A stretch of 63,764 bases of DNA, counting the filler, from Octopus bimaculoides (Eukaryota): assembly GCF_001194135.2 (NCBI RefSeq). It is 4 parts of 4 records of this genome, joined end to end, with 100 filler letters (N's around TTAATTAATTAA, not from the genome) between each part and the next. Parts side by side here need not be neighbours in the genome. Positions count along the whole stretch, not along the records: positions 51,736 to 61,733 come from NC_068984.1; positions 61,834 to 63,764 come from NC_068983.1; 2 more parts are not named here. One strand, given 5' to 3'. Within the stretch, counting starts at the first letter, position 1; every line of letters begins with the position of its first letter. The notes below the pieces were generated by a model that saw only the letters and a program-made list of their open reading frames with translations, made no database searches and had not been told where the DNA came from. This document shows positions 52,479 to 63,544 of this stretch, piece after piece. A program made the position numbers and the translations under genes.

Positions 52479-53648
52479 CTGGAAAGAAAAGTCATAAATA
52501 ATGAAAACAGATTGAAATCAATAGCAGAATATATCAATATAAATTGGGTTTTAACACCATCGACCAATACATTGAAAAATATTTATTAGAAAATCGATAT
52601 CGAAACATATACTTTCAAATGCAATATGATTTTCAGCGTAAATGATTCAAATATTGTCATATAATACATTCCATGGAAAATTGTCGTATACACAATTACT
52701 GTCTCTACTATATATATATATATATATATATATATNNNNNNNNNNNNNNNNNNNNNNNNNNNNNNNNNNNNNNNNNNNNNNNNNNNNNNNNNNNNNNNNN
52801 NNNNNNNNNNNNNNNNNNNNNNNNNNNNNNNNNNNNNNNNNNNNNNNNNNNNNNNNNNNNNNNNNNNNNNNNNNNNNNNNNNNNNNNNNNNNNNNNNNNN
52901 NNNNNNNNNNNNNNNNNNNNNNNNNNNNNNNNNNNNNNNNNNNNNNNNNNNNNNNNNNNNNNNNNNNNNNNNNNNNNNNNNNNNNNNNNNNNNNNNNNNN
53001 NNNNNNNNNNNNNNNNNNNNNNNNNNNNNNNNNNNNNNNNNNNNNNNNNNNNNNNNNNNNNNNNNNNNNNNNNNNNNNNNNNNNNNNNNNNNNNNNNNNN
53101 NNNNTATATATATATATATATATATATATTCAAACACAAATACATACACACATACACCCATACATGTACATACACACACGGGAGCGAGCACAGACACACA
53201 CAAACACACATACACACATGTATAATGGGAGAATATTTACATATTTATTGTTAACACCTCTAGGCAGGTTTAGATACAAAATCTCCTGAGCACTGCAGTA
53301 TTACGTCTTCGGAGACAAGTCTTTTACAACAACAGTATGTTCAACACACACGTCTCATTAGCGCACGGAAATCTAAAGCACTGATGTTTTGATGTGTTGT
53401 GTCTTTTCACCCAGAAGCAACTAGTGAAAGCCGTTAGCTTTGCTTATGCATTCAGCAAACAAATTTTTTTTTTTAACAGTTGGCAGATATAAACACCGTC
53501 ATTCATTCCAGATTATGCTGTAGACAGTGCATATAGCGATCATTTTTATCAAAGGTAGATATAAACATCAATCAGAAAACAATTTGTTTACTGAAAGCAT
53601 TAACAAGTCCAGCGTCTTTGGAAGTCAGAAAGTTCCGGTTGCTTCTAC

Positions 53649-53795
53649 CTGACGCGACATAACACATGGAAAAACTAGTCCCCAGAATAATGCTGTGGGA
53701 CAATGAGGCGAGTGTGTTGAACGCAATGTTATCATAAAAGGGAGCTGTTCTTCGAAGACATACACTACAGCGCTCAGTAAAGGTTGCCTCTGAAC
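53649..53795 (-). CDS. Candidate symmetric 147-nt exon (GSEATFTERCSVCLRRTAPFYDNIAFNTLASLSHSIILGTSFSMCYVAS), product unknown
   Basis: CTTCTTGGCAG acceptor, weak CAG/GTAGAA donor, open phase 1-1 frame, GC above background. No domain recognised. Confidence 0.25.
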
Positions 53796-53863
53796 CTGCC
53801 AAGAAGTTTTAAGACTAAATATGCAAATATTAATTCCAGATCTCTATGTAGATTTCACATATG

Positions 53864-53894
<31 letters not shown>

Positions 53895-54235
53895 NNNNNN
53901 NNNNNNNNNNNNNNNNNNNNNNNNNNNNNNNNNNNNNNNNNNNNNNNNNNNNNNNNNNNNNNNNNNNNNNNNNNNNNNNNNNNNNNNNNNNNNNNNNNNN
54001 NNNNNNNNNNNNNNNNNNNNNNNNNNNNNNNNNNNNNNNNNNNNNNNNNNNNNNNNNNNNNNNNNNNNNNNNNNNNNNNNNNNNNNNNNNNNNNNNNNNN
54101 NNNNNNNNNNNNNNNNNNNNNNNNNNNNNNNNNNNNNNNNNNNNNNNNNNNNNNNNNNNNNNNNNNNNNNNNNNNNNNNNNNNNNNNNNNNNNNNNNNNN
54201 NNNNNNNNNNNNNNNNNNNNNNNNNNNNNNNNNNA

Positions 54236-54722
54236 AGTATCCAAAGAGCATTTGAGGCTCAGAATGTTTTATGAGTACAAAAAAAGAGTATTTTGCAGCT
54301 GAAGCGAAGTTTATGGGAAAGAATGCTTGAATGAAAGAACTTGCAGAAGATGGTCTGCAAAATTCTTGAAGATGAAGATCAAACAGGACGTCCAGTTGAG
54401 TTTGATGATAAGCTCCTTGAGGCATTACTTGAAGAAAATCCTGCATTATCAGTTGAAGAATTGGCAATAAGGATTAGTTCAAACCATAAAATTGTTCATC
54501 GTCATCTTCAACAACTTGGAAAGGTTCCTAAAACTTGGAAAATGAGTGCCTCATGAATTGTTCGAAAGCAACCGCAAATCCCGAGTTGACATCTGCCCTT
54601 CTCTCCATTCTCGCGAACTCATTTCACCCTTTTGGGATAGTTTTGTGACTGGTGACGAAAAATGGATCTTCTATCAAAATGTTAAACATCGTAAACAGTG
54701 GTTTGGTAAAAGGGAAAAAGCT
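54236..54722 (+). mobile_element. Mariner (Mos1/Hsmar1-like) N-terminal transposase remnant
   Basis: KEHLRLRMFYEY..ECLNERTCRRW..EDEDQTGRPVEFDDKLLEALLEENP..HRHLQQLGK..PHELFESN..FVTGDEKWIFYQN. Confidence 0.92.
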
Positions 54723-55540
54723 CAAAAGCTCTGGACTGTTGCCACAGTAACGAAGGACAATCTGTGCGCTTGGCACGCACAGATTGATCTTGAACTCTGC
54801 TGTGCATGTGCACTAAGTTTTATCATTCTAGCTCACTTCCGCTATTTACAACAGTGCATAGAAGGAAGCTGTGGAGCGTGTGTTGCATAGAATCTACAAC
54901 AAAGTTTGCCAAAAGCTTGGCGATACCTGCTCAAAGGCCCATGCAAAGTTTTCAAAAGTTTTCTTGACACAATCAAGGAGATCTTGTGCAACTGAAACTG
55001 GAATGTCCTTTTGGTCAGCTGAAAGCAGTTTTAGCACAAACTTGGTACACACGCGTCTCATACTCAAATATTCAGTGATAATGGACTGAACTGAACCGTA
55101 ACTAATCTGCACATCCTATGATAACTCACGGATGGTGATTCGACGATTTCCCCTCACAGCTGCACGCACATCCGTGATATTTTTTGCAGTTCTCCCAGAA
55201 CGTTCATCAGACATTTTTTCGGACATCTTGGAAACGTCTGAACCACTCATATTCTTGCATGTGGTTCATATACTCCTCTCCATACACTTTCTGCAATTTT
55301 TTGTAGGCCTTTGGGAATGTATCACCAGAAAAACTTTCTATGTCATGATCAATGCGACGATCACACGCTACACACGTTCCTTCCAAGCAGTGCTGTGTAA
55401 GCAGCGGAAGTAAGCTGCAATGTTAAAACTTGGTGCATTGCACAGCAGAGTCTAAAGTCAATCCGTGCCAAGCAGTTTCACTCTGCGTGCATTAGCTTCG
55501 TTACTATGACAACAGTCCAAATATTTATTGATCAGACCTC

Positions 55541-55541
<1 letters not shown>
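54722..55541 (-). mobile_element. Internally deleted mariner with long (~170-bp) inverted termini
   Basis: Right end TA-CGAGGTCTGATCAATAA. 54722-54890 is an imperfect reverse complement of 55365-55535. The core encodes QISYGSVQSIITEYLSMRRVCTKFVLKLLSADQK. Confidence 0.8.
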
Positions 55542-55576
<35 letters not shown>

Positions 55577-55718
55577 CCGGCTTCTTTCAGTCTTTTATAC
55601 TAAATCCACTCACAAATATTTGGTCGTTTGTGGACATCTTCTCAAGGGCCCACGCAGTGGGACTAAACCCGGAACCATGTGGATGAAAAACGAGCTTCTT
55701 ACCTCATAGTCACGCACG
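55577..55718 (-). mobile_element. SINE family A head half
   Basis: Reverse complement of the head; abuts (TA)n. Confidence 0.75.
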
Positions 55719-56357
55719 TTATAGGTGTATGGGAGTGTCAGTATATATATGTTTGCGTATATACACACACAAAAACACACACACACACACATACACACAA
55801 ACACACCATTCACAGCATCTGTATTTTCATCGCTGAACAAACGACTACTGTGATTGATGTTTCGCACAGTCATCTTTATAAGCTTTAAGGAATCTCGTTC
55901 GCTGTTTTACGAGTTTGGCTATTGTTTTAATAGTTCTGATTTCCCAATGCCACACTGTAGGAAATGGGAAATGGTGATTCATCACTTATAATCTCATTTC
56001 TTAGGAAATCGCAGTTTCGCATTATTTATTTTCTAAATACTCCGTCTTGATTAAATCAAGTTTTGCTTGTCAAGAGTAAGCGTTACTTAATTGGTTACAA
56101 AACGAAGCACATGCACATATTAACTAAGTAATGCTTTGGTCGTTTCGTTTTCTACTCGTCTATCTTAACATTTCCTTATGGTTACACAATTTCTTTATGT
56201 TTGCATACACATATCATGCTTTCTCTCTCTCTCCCCCTATATTTATATACACACGCGCTCGTGCACACACACACGTTGACCATCGACTACTTTTTCAATT
56301 TTATAAAATAAATTGTAGAAGTTGCAAAGATGAATTATAAACAACGTATGATATATC

Positions 56358-56535
56358 TTTTATCTTTTACTTGTTTCAATCATTGGACTGCGTCCATGGT
56401 GGGGTATCGCCTTGAAGGCTTTCATCGAACAGTTGGACCCCAGTACTTATTCGATCGGTTTCTTTTTGCCGGACCGTTAAGTTACGGTGATGTAAACAAT
56501 CCAACACCGGCTGTCAAGCGGTGGTAGGGTACAAA
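56358..56535 (-). mobile_element. SINE family A tail half
   Basis: Reverse complement of the tail; followed by (TA)n and a gap. Confidence 0.8.
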
Positions 56536-57394
56536 CATACATATATATATATATATATANNNNNNNNNNNNNNNNNNNNNNNNNNNNNNNNNNNNNNNNN
56601 NNNNNNNNNNNNNNNNNNNNNNNNNNNNNNNNNNNNNNNNNNNNNNNNNNNNNNNNNNNNNNNNNNNNNNNNNNNNNNNNNNNNNNNNNNNNNNNNNNNN
56701 NNNNNNNNNNNNNNNNNNNNNNNNNNNNNNNNNNNNNNNNNNNNNNNNNNNNNNNNNNNNNNNNNNNNNNNNNNNNNNNNNNNNNNNNNNNNNNNNNNNN
56801 NNNNNNNNNNNNNNNNNNNNNNNNNNNNNNNNNNNNNNNNNNNNNNNNNNNNNNNNNNNNNNNNNNNNNNNNNNNNNNNNNNNNNNNNNNNNNNNNNNNN
56901 NNNNNNNNNNNNNNNNNNNNNNNNNNNNNNNNNNNNNNNNNNNNNNNNNNNNNNNNNNNNNNNNNNNNNNNNNNNNNNNNNNNNNNNNNNNNNNNNNNNN
57001 NNNNNNNNNNNNNNNNNNNNNNNNNNNNNNNNNNNNNNNNNNNNNNNNNNNNNNNNNNNNNNNNNNNNNNNNNNNNNNNNNNNNNNNNNNNNNNNNNNNN
57101 NNNNNNNNNNNNNNNNNNNNATTATAAACGATGATCAATTCTTTTTAATAATTGTAAAGCTTCTAAAACGGATAGAGAAAATTTGAAGAGTTGTTTTGTT
57201 ATAACAGTAAGACATACGTTATCTCCATGGAAAATGTAAGTTTGTGGCATTTTTTTCCTATCCAATGAATTATTCAACTCAGTATTCTAAGTTTGTAGAT
57301 TTTTCTATTTCATGTTTCTCCCTTAAATCGATCTATTTCATATCTCTTAAAGATACACGCGCACACTCACACAGACACAGACACACACACACAC

Positions 57395-57532
57395 GGTACT
57401 TAATTTATTGACCCCGAAAGGAAGAAAAGCAAAGTCGACGTCGGCGGAATTCGAACTCAGACCGTAAAGACAGACGAAATACCGCTAAGCATTTCGCCGG
57501 GCGTGCTAACGTTTCTGTCATCTCGCCGCCTT
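57395..57532 (-). mobile_element. SINE family B
   Basis: GGTACTTAATTTATTGACCCCGAAAGG...GAACTCAG...CTCGCCGCC. Confidence 0.9.
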
Positions 57533-58155
57533 CAGCGATCTATAATTATGTTGGTAGATTTAGTCCATCCTTGAACTTCTCTGCATTAAGATCTGAAATG
57601 TGAGATCTTATCTGCCCTGATGAGGGATGAACATCTTATCCAATATTAATTGCATCCATACGGCTACATTTTTGATAAACGAAATCTACCAACATTATTA
57701 GGGATTGCTGAGCCAACCAAAACACCTGTTTCTTCCAGTCTTTTAATTTCCTCTGTCGTTTGTACTCTGTGTAAATTGGATCTATTAATATAAATATCTA
57801 TATATTTATACTTAACAATTCATCATCTGAAAGCTTCTACCTTTTGCATTCTCTCGTTTTGTATGTATACATATATACATATTTTGTATTTGGCGTATTT
57901 AATATATTTAATATACTTGACGTATCTAATTTGTTTATCCACATAACTGCCTCAAATTGATAACTCTTACAGCTTTTCTTTACCTTGTAGAATGATCTCC
58001 TGTAAAGACATTGGAATGTAAGCTTGAATATTTTGAGAACTACTAAGTGCCTTCTATATGATAATCTCTGGATTTTATCTGTGAACTGCACCACGTTTTC
58101 GCGTTGTTGTTTTTTCTTGTGTTTTTTTTTCCTTTTTTGGATTAATTATTTATAC

Positions 58156-58204
<49 letters not shown>

Positions 58205-58541
58205 NNNNNNNNNNNNNNNNNNNNNNNNNNNNNNNNNNNNNNNNNNNNNNNNNNNNNNNNNNNNNNNNNNNNNNNNNNNNNNNNNNNNNNNNNNNNNNNN
58301 NNNNNNNNNNNNNNNNNNNNNNNNNNNNNNNNNNNNNNNNNNNNNNNNNNNNNNNNNNNNNNNNNNNNNNNNNNNNNNNNNNNNNNNNNNNNNNNNNNNN
58401 NNNNNNNNNNNNNNNNNNNNNNTATATGTTGTCGTACTTGGGGATGGTCATATTGCCAGTTTAGCCAATAAAAACACACGCACTGTATATTTGGTGTTAA
58501 TTTGCTTCAGCTTTATATTACATTAATCTTAATCTTATTTC

Positions 58542-58586
58542 GGCCAGAGTTCTTTCGTCACACTTCTGTGACCTCATCAGTGGTCC
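58542..58586 (-). ncRNA. Minimal type I hammerhead ribozyme motif (Penelope pLTR type), slightly degenerate
   Basis: RNA GGACCA CUGAUGA GGUCAC AGAAGU GUGAC GAAA GAA CUC UGGCC: intact core, stem II GUCACA/UGUGAC, stem I GGACCA/UGG-CC, CUC triplet. Confidence 0.7.
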
Positions 58587-59180
58587 TTTGTTTCCTTCTT
58601 TCTTATGTGTGTCTCACCTTGCTAACTATCAGCCATTTTGTATTTTGTATTCCTATTGTATGTGTCTACGCATGCGTGTCCTTCAATGTGTCTGTGTCTT
58701 TTGTAAGTGCATGTGTGTATGGGGAGTGTCTGTATCACCTATATTCTCTGTTAATACGTGTTCGTTTGTATTTGTTTCTATTTATTTATTTGTTCATGTG
58801 TGTGTGTGTTTTTTTGTATTTTTTTGTGTTTAATTAAATTTTGTTAACGTATGTAGTATTTAATTCCATTTGTTTATCTATGCATTGTATTATACTTTGT
58901 TCATATTATTATTGGTTAATTATTACAATTAAGTTACAAGGAATGCTATCTGTTGGAGTTTCAGCACTTTAGCTGCTATTTCTGAACTTCGGTATGTGGT
59001 GAAGCAACTGTTGCTGACCCCTTAATTATGTTTATATATATGTATATATATATATATATATTATCTAAATTTACCTGGTACAAGATGTAAATCAGTATTT
59101 AAAAGTATTATTTTATTCTATGGATTATCTGCAAGGAAAATCTACTTGCGAGAAGAAAGCTATACCTACAAAGAAAGAAA

Positions 59181-59234
<54 letters not shown>

Positions 59235-59379
59235 AAGAAAGAAAGAAAGAAACAAACAAACAAACAAACAAACAAACAAAGGAATCTATGGTTGCAAACA
59301 TTCTTGTAATTTAGTAGAACATATCATACAACAGTTCGTAATTCAGTCGCTTATTTTCCTTTTAAAACTGTATACTTAC

Positions 59380-59513
59380 CGATGGGAACTCTCTTGCCCG
59401 CTCCCTTAAACCTTCCAAAGTGAGTCTTGAAGGCGCAGTTTACTTCTCCACAACATTTTCCTGCTCTTTTCATGAGGGAACATTCTGCTGGTAATCCAAT
59501 ATAAGTTGGACAT
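59380..59513 (-). CDS. Exon encoding the C-terminal half of a VWC-like Cys repeat (CPTYIGLPAECSLMKRAGKCCGEVNCAFKTHFGRFKGAGKRVPI)
   Basis: Acceptor CCTTTTGTGTTTTTAAACCATTAG, donor GTAAGT, 134 nt, phase 2-1. CP.Y..LP..C.L....CC....C is the pattern of molluscan VWC-like repeats. Confidence 0.82.
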
Positions 59514-59787
59514 CTAATGGTTTAAAAACACAAAAGGCGAAATGAAGTTATCTTAATGTGTATACAAGTAGAATTAGTTGATATCCATATATATATATAT
59601 ATATATATATATGTCATGATTAATTTTACAAAATTGTGATAGAACGTGAACTAATTCCTTTTTGGGGAATATTTTGAAGTCCTTACATACAGGTATAAAT
59701 AATAGGTCTATGTAGGAGCATAAATAAATATTGCGTTGAAAATCCCTTTTGGATAGAAAAAATTCGAAGTTTGACCATGTGTGTGCG

Positions 59788-59842
<55 letters not shown>

Positions 59843-60037
59843 AAAAGGACAGACATATGCAGAGATAGAGAGAGAGGGAGAGAGGCAGATAGAAAGACAG
59901 GTCTGTTTGTTTTACATTTATACATATATACTCTATGTAAAGCGTGTGTGTTTGTGTTTGCATAAATGTTATATGTGTATATGCAAACACTTCCCCAAAC
60001 GCCTTAACATTGATACTTCGATACATACATACATACA

Positions 60038-60070
<33 letters not shown>

Positions 60071-60331
60071 GTATACGTTTATATAAATTTGTGCACACAT
60101 ACGCACACACAAATATATATCCGTCTAAAGTAGCTGTTGCACCTATGGAAATCCCAGAGAAATGACCACGATATCGCCTATATATATATATATATATTTA
60201 GACCGTACATTCTACTGCCGTTGGCGTAAGGCTTACACTTGGCTAAGATCTTCTAATGGATGTTATAGTTGACAGCTTTTTCTTTTAAGGACCATATATA
60301 ATTGGATAATTTGGTCGCTTTTCTTTTTTCC

Positions 60332-60377
<46 letters not shown>

Positions 60378-60843
60378 CTTACCTAAAATAGTTATTCTAA
60401 CGTACTGTTCTACTTGGTAAAATTATTAATTATTAATCAATTAATTGATTAATTAATTAANNNNNNNNNNNNNNNNNNNNNNNNNNNNNNNNNNNNNNNN
60501 NNNNNNNNNNNNNNNNNNNNNNNNNNNNNNNNNNNNNNNNNNNNNNNNNNNNNNNNNNNNNNNNNNNNNNNNNNNNNNNNNNNNNNNNNNNNNNNNNNNN
60601 NNNNNNNNNNNNNNNNNNNNNNNNNNNNNNNNNNNNNNNNNNNNNNNNNNNNNNNNNNNNNNNNNNNNNNNNNNNNNNNNNNNNNNNNNNNNNNNNNNNN
60701 NNNNNNNNNNNNNNNNNNNNNNNNNNNNNNNNNNNNNNNNNNNNNNNNNNNNNNNNNNCTTCGATATAAGATCATAAATCAGGAAAAGAGAATATCCTAT
60801 AAAATATAGAGCAGTTGTTTATTTTTGTATGTGTAAAGTAACA

Positions 60844-60912
60844 GTTTAGAAAAAAAAAGACCATTGGTTTCATATCTAGCGTGAACTAGAGATATCTTCA
60901 GTTTTTCTAAAC
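60844..60912 (-). ncRNA. Type I hammerhead ribozyme motif downstream of the Penelope ORF
   Basis: RNA GUUUAGAAAAA CUGAAGA UAUCUCUAG UUCACG CUAGAUAU GAAA CC AAU GGUC UUUUUUUUU CUAAAC: core, GUC triplet, stem III ACC/GGU, stem I with a U bulge; stem II register off by one. Confidence 0.7.
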
Positions 60913-60984
60913 GATAACTGTTTTTTGCAATGATTAAAAAAAAAACACAAGAACCTTAAAACATTATGGCCGGGCGAGTTGTCT

Positions 60985-61480
60985 TCGTTCGCTTGATAGC
61001 TAGGTTTTCAATTTTGAAGTAAAAATTTCCAAAACTATGGACAACTCCACACGGCTTCCGTCCTGGAGGTCAGGTAGCCTCCTGGCTCATGTAAGTTCAT
61101 AAGGATTATATATTCTTCTGCCATACAAAATTTACATAGTCTTGTTCCATTGCAATAGTGTCCACAAGTTTCGAGTAATTTCTACCTGATATTAAAGGGC
61201 GTATGATCGTCCTTTAGGCGCCATACGTATGCTGCGAGTATTGTGTTGCATCTCTCCAGGACTCTGAAAGAAGTTGTTCGGGCGAATTTTAAATTTGGAT
61301 TCACAAGATCCGACATAAATTTTAGTGTGTGTCCCTGTGTTAGCATTGATGTTACTGATATGTGTGCTGCGTTTGTTTGAGGCTACCTTTGCTTGGTAGA
61401 CTTTAGTCTCGGTGTTACATCTGCCGTCCACTAGGCATCCTGCATGAACAACCTGCCTCTGTCCTTGGTTAAGGAGTGTT
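60985..61480 (-). mobile_element. Penelope-like element, GIY-YIG endonuclease C-terminus
   Basis: CLVDGRCNTETKVYQAKV..IYVGSCESKFKIR..NTILAAYVWRLKD..HYCNGTRLCKFCMAEEYIIL..LTSRTE..CP. Confidence 0.88.
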
Positions 61481-61504
61481 AAGTAATTTTTCCTTTAGTG
61501 TACA

Positions 61505-61633
61505 ACTGAAAGGGACACAGACTAATATTTATGTCGGATCTTGTGAATCCAAATTTAAGATTCGCCTGAATAACCACAGATCTTCTTTCAAGGTCCCAGA
61601 GAAACGCAACACAACGACACTCGCAGCATACGT
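61505..61633 (+). mobile_element. Inverted partial copy of the Penelope GIY-YIG segment
   Basis: TQTNIYVGSCESKFKIRLNNHRSSFKVPEKRNTTTLAAYV; reverse-complement homologue of 61215-61335. Confidence 0.88.
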
Positions 61634-61833
61634 ATATATATATATGTGTGTGTGTGTCTGTGTGTGTGTGTGTGTGTGTGTGTATGTATATAAACATATG
61701 TATGTATGTATATATATATATATATATATATATNNNNNNNNNNNNNNNNNNNNNNNNNNNNNNNNNNNNNNNNNNNNTTAATTAATTAANNNNNNNNNNN
61801 NNNNNNNNNNNNNNNNNNNNNNNNNNNNNNNNN

Positions 61834-61887
<54 letters not shown>

Positions 61888-61904
61888 AGAGAGAGAGAGG
61901 GGGT

Positions 61905-62505
61905 AAAGTACAGACATTGCTATATGGGGGAGAAGCTTGCTTTCTAATCATATGGTCTCAGGTTCAGTTCTATTATGCAGCAGCTACTTGCGTAAGTATA
62001 TTCTATTGTAGCTTCAAACTGGCCAAACCTTTATGAGTGAATTTGCTAAATGGAAACTGAAAGAAGCCTCTCTCTTTCACACACACACACACATATATAT
62101 GTATATGTGTGTGTATATGTATGTATATCTGTGTGTGTGAGTATATATGTGTTTCTGTGTTCTCTTGTTTTGGCATTGTGCAATGGTTGTAAAGAAGCAT
62201 CACTATCATGCAAGCAATGTTGTTTGTTTCCAGTCTTCCATGTCTGGTTACAGGGAAATATCTTGCTTACAATCAGAAATTGCATATGGCCCTAGAAAAT
62301 TTGCCTCAACAGATTCCATCATATATATATGTATATTGTATATATAGACATAGATATGTGTGGTTAATAAATTTGATTCTCAACCACATGTCTTCAGATT
62401 CAGGCCCACTGTATGGCACCTCGGGCAAGTATCTTCTACTATAGCTTCAGTCAACTAAAGCTTTGTGAATTGATTTGCTAGACGGAATGTGAAAGAAACC
62501 TATTG
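61905..62505 (+). mobile_element. Two degenerate SINE family A heads, each followed by a microsatellite (61905-62070, 62355-62505)
   Basis: AGCTTGCTTTCTAATCATATGGTCTCAGGTTCAG...GGAAACTGAAAGAAGCC; GGCACCTCGGGCAAGTATCTTCTACTATAGC. A third head lies on the minus strand at 62835-62970. Confidence 0.75.
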
Positions 62506-62554
62506 TGTGTGTGTGTGTGTGTACATAGACGTATGCATGAGATTGTCTCAGTAT

Positions 62555-62790
62555 ACTCTGTCCAGCCCATGCTAGTATAGAAAAGGGGACATCAAAACAA
62601 TTTATGATGATGATGAAGATACTGATTTATTTATATCATCATCATAACATCCACTTTTCCTGGCATGCATGGGTCTGAATCATTAAGATAGATTTTCTAT
62701 GATTAGATGCTCTTCCCATCACCAACCTTTCCCTGTTTCCAGGTATATTTCCTCATACCTTGGCATGTTTTCATGGAAGATTGGGTCTAA
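62555..62790. mobile_element. RTE-type 3' tails, tail to tail around (GAT)n/(CAT)n
   Basis: CCCATGCTAGTATAGAAAAGGGGACATC..ATGATGATGATG on plus; CATCATCATAACATCCACTTTTCCTGGCATGCATGGG is the inverted copy. Confidence 0.55.
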
Positions 62791-63493
62791 AGTTGCACAT
62801 GAACACACACACACACACACACGTATGTGTGTGTGTGACAAGCTTCTTTCAGTTTCTGTGTACCAAAGCCACTCACAAGGCCTTTGTTGACCCAAGGCTG
62901 TAGTGAAAGACATTTACTGCAGATATCATGCAGCAGAACTGAACCTGAAACCAAGTAGTTGAAAAGCCGTGTCTGCATCTCATATTGAAAAGTTACTATT
63001 ATGAATTCTTAGAACTCCATGTAAAACATGTATGTCCAGCATTCAATTAGGCATTAAACATAGTTTGTTCTCTGAATAGATTACTGGAGATTCAGTTATA
63101 AAGAAAAATTATTTTTGTCTCATAAGTTACTTAATCTTTACATGTTTCACTAGTATATATGAGTATGCTATGCAGTAACTGTTACAAAGACAGTTGCATA
63201 ATCATCTTGTATGTCAGATTATCAGAAGAAAATCATAATTTACTACATTGTTGGTTACCAACTTCAATTGGTGGGCAAATATAAACTGTAAATTGTGAAT
63301 ATTAGACTCTTCAATATATAACAGTGAAAGAAAAGAAATTAATTTCCATTTTATCAGTGAAATAAAGAGAAAGTGGGAGAGAAAATGGTTTTGAGTTCAG
63401 CCAGGGTGTCTGCTTGAAAAGAAACATTTGGTTCATAAATTTACTGTATTATAAAGTTACTGTGTATCTGTGTGTTTTTTTGTTTTGTTCAAG

Positions 63494-63544
63494 TTTGTCT
63501 CTTGCTACTCAGAAGCCTCCATTGCTTGCTCAAAGGGTCATCAG
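63494..63544 (+). CDS. Candidate 51-nt exon (FVSCYSEASIACSKGHQ), product unknown
   Basis: TTTTGTTTTGTTCAAG acceptor, consensus CAG/GTAAGT donor, open phase 0-0 frame. Confidence 0.3.

Noticed and set aside
57548-57694. Type III hammerhead (CTGATGA at 57617 with a 14-bp outer stem ending GAAATCTACC)
   Set aside because: No stem I or stem II pairing in register; more likely a small inverted-repeat element or chance.
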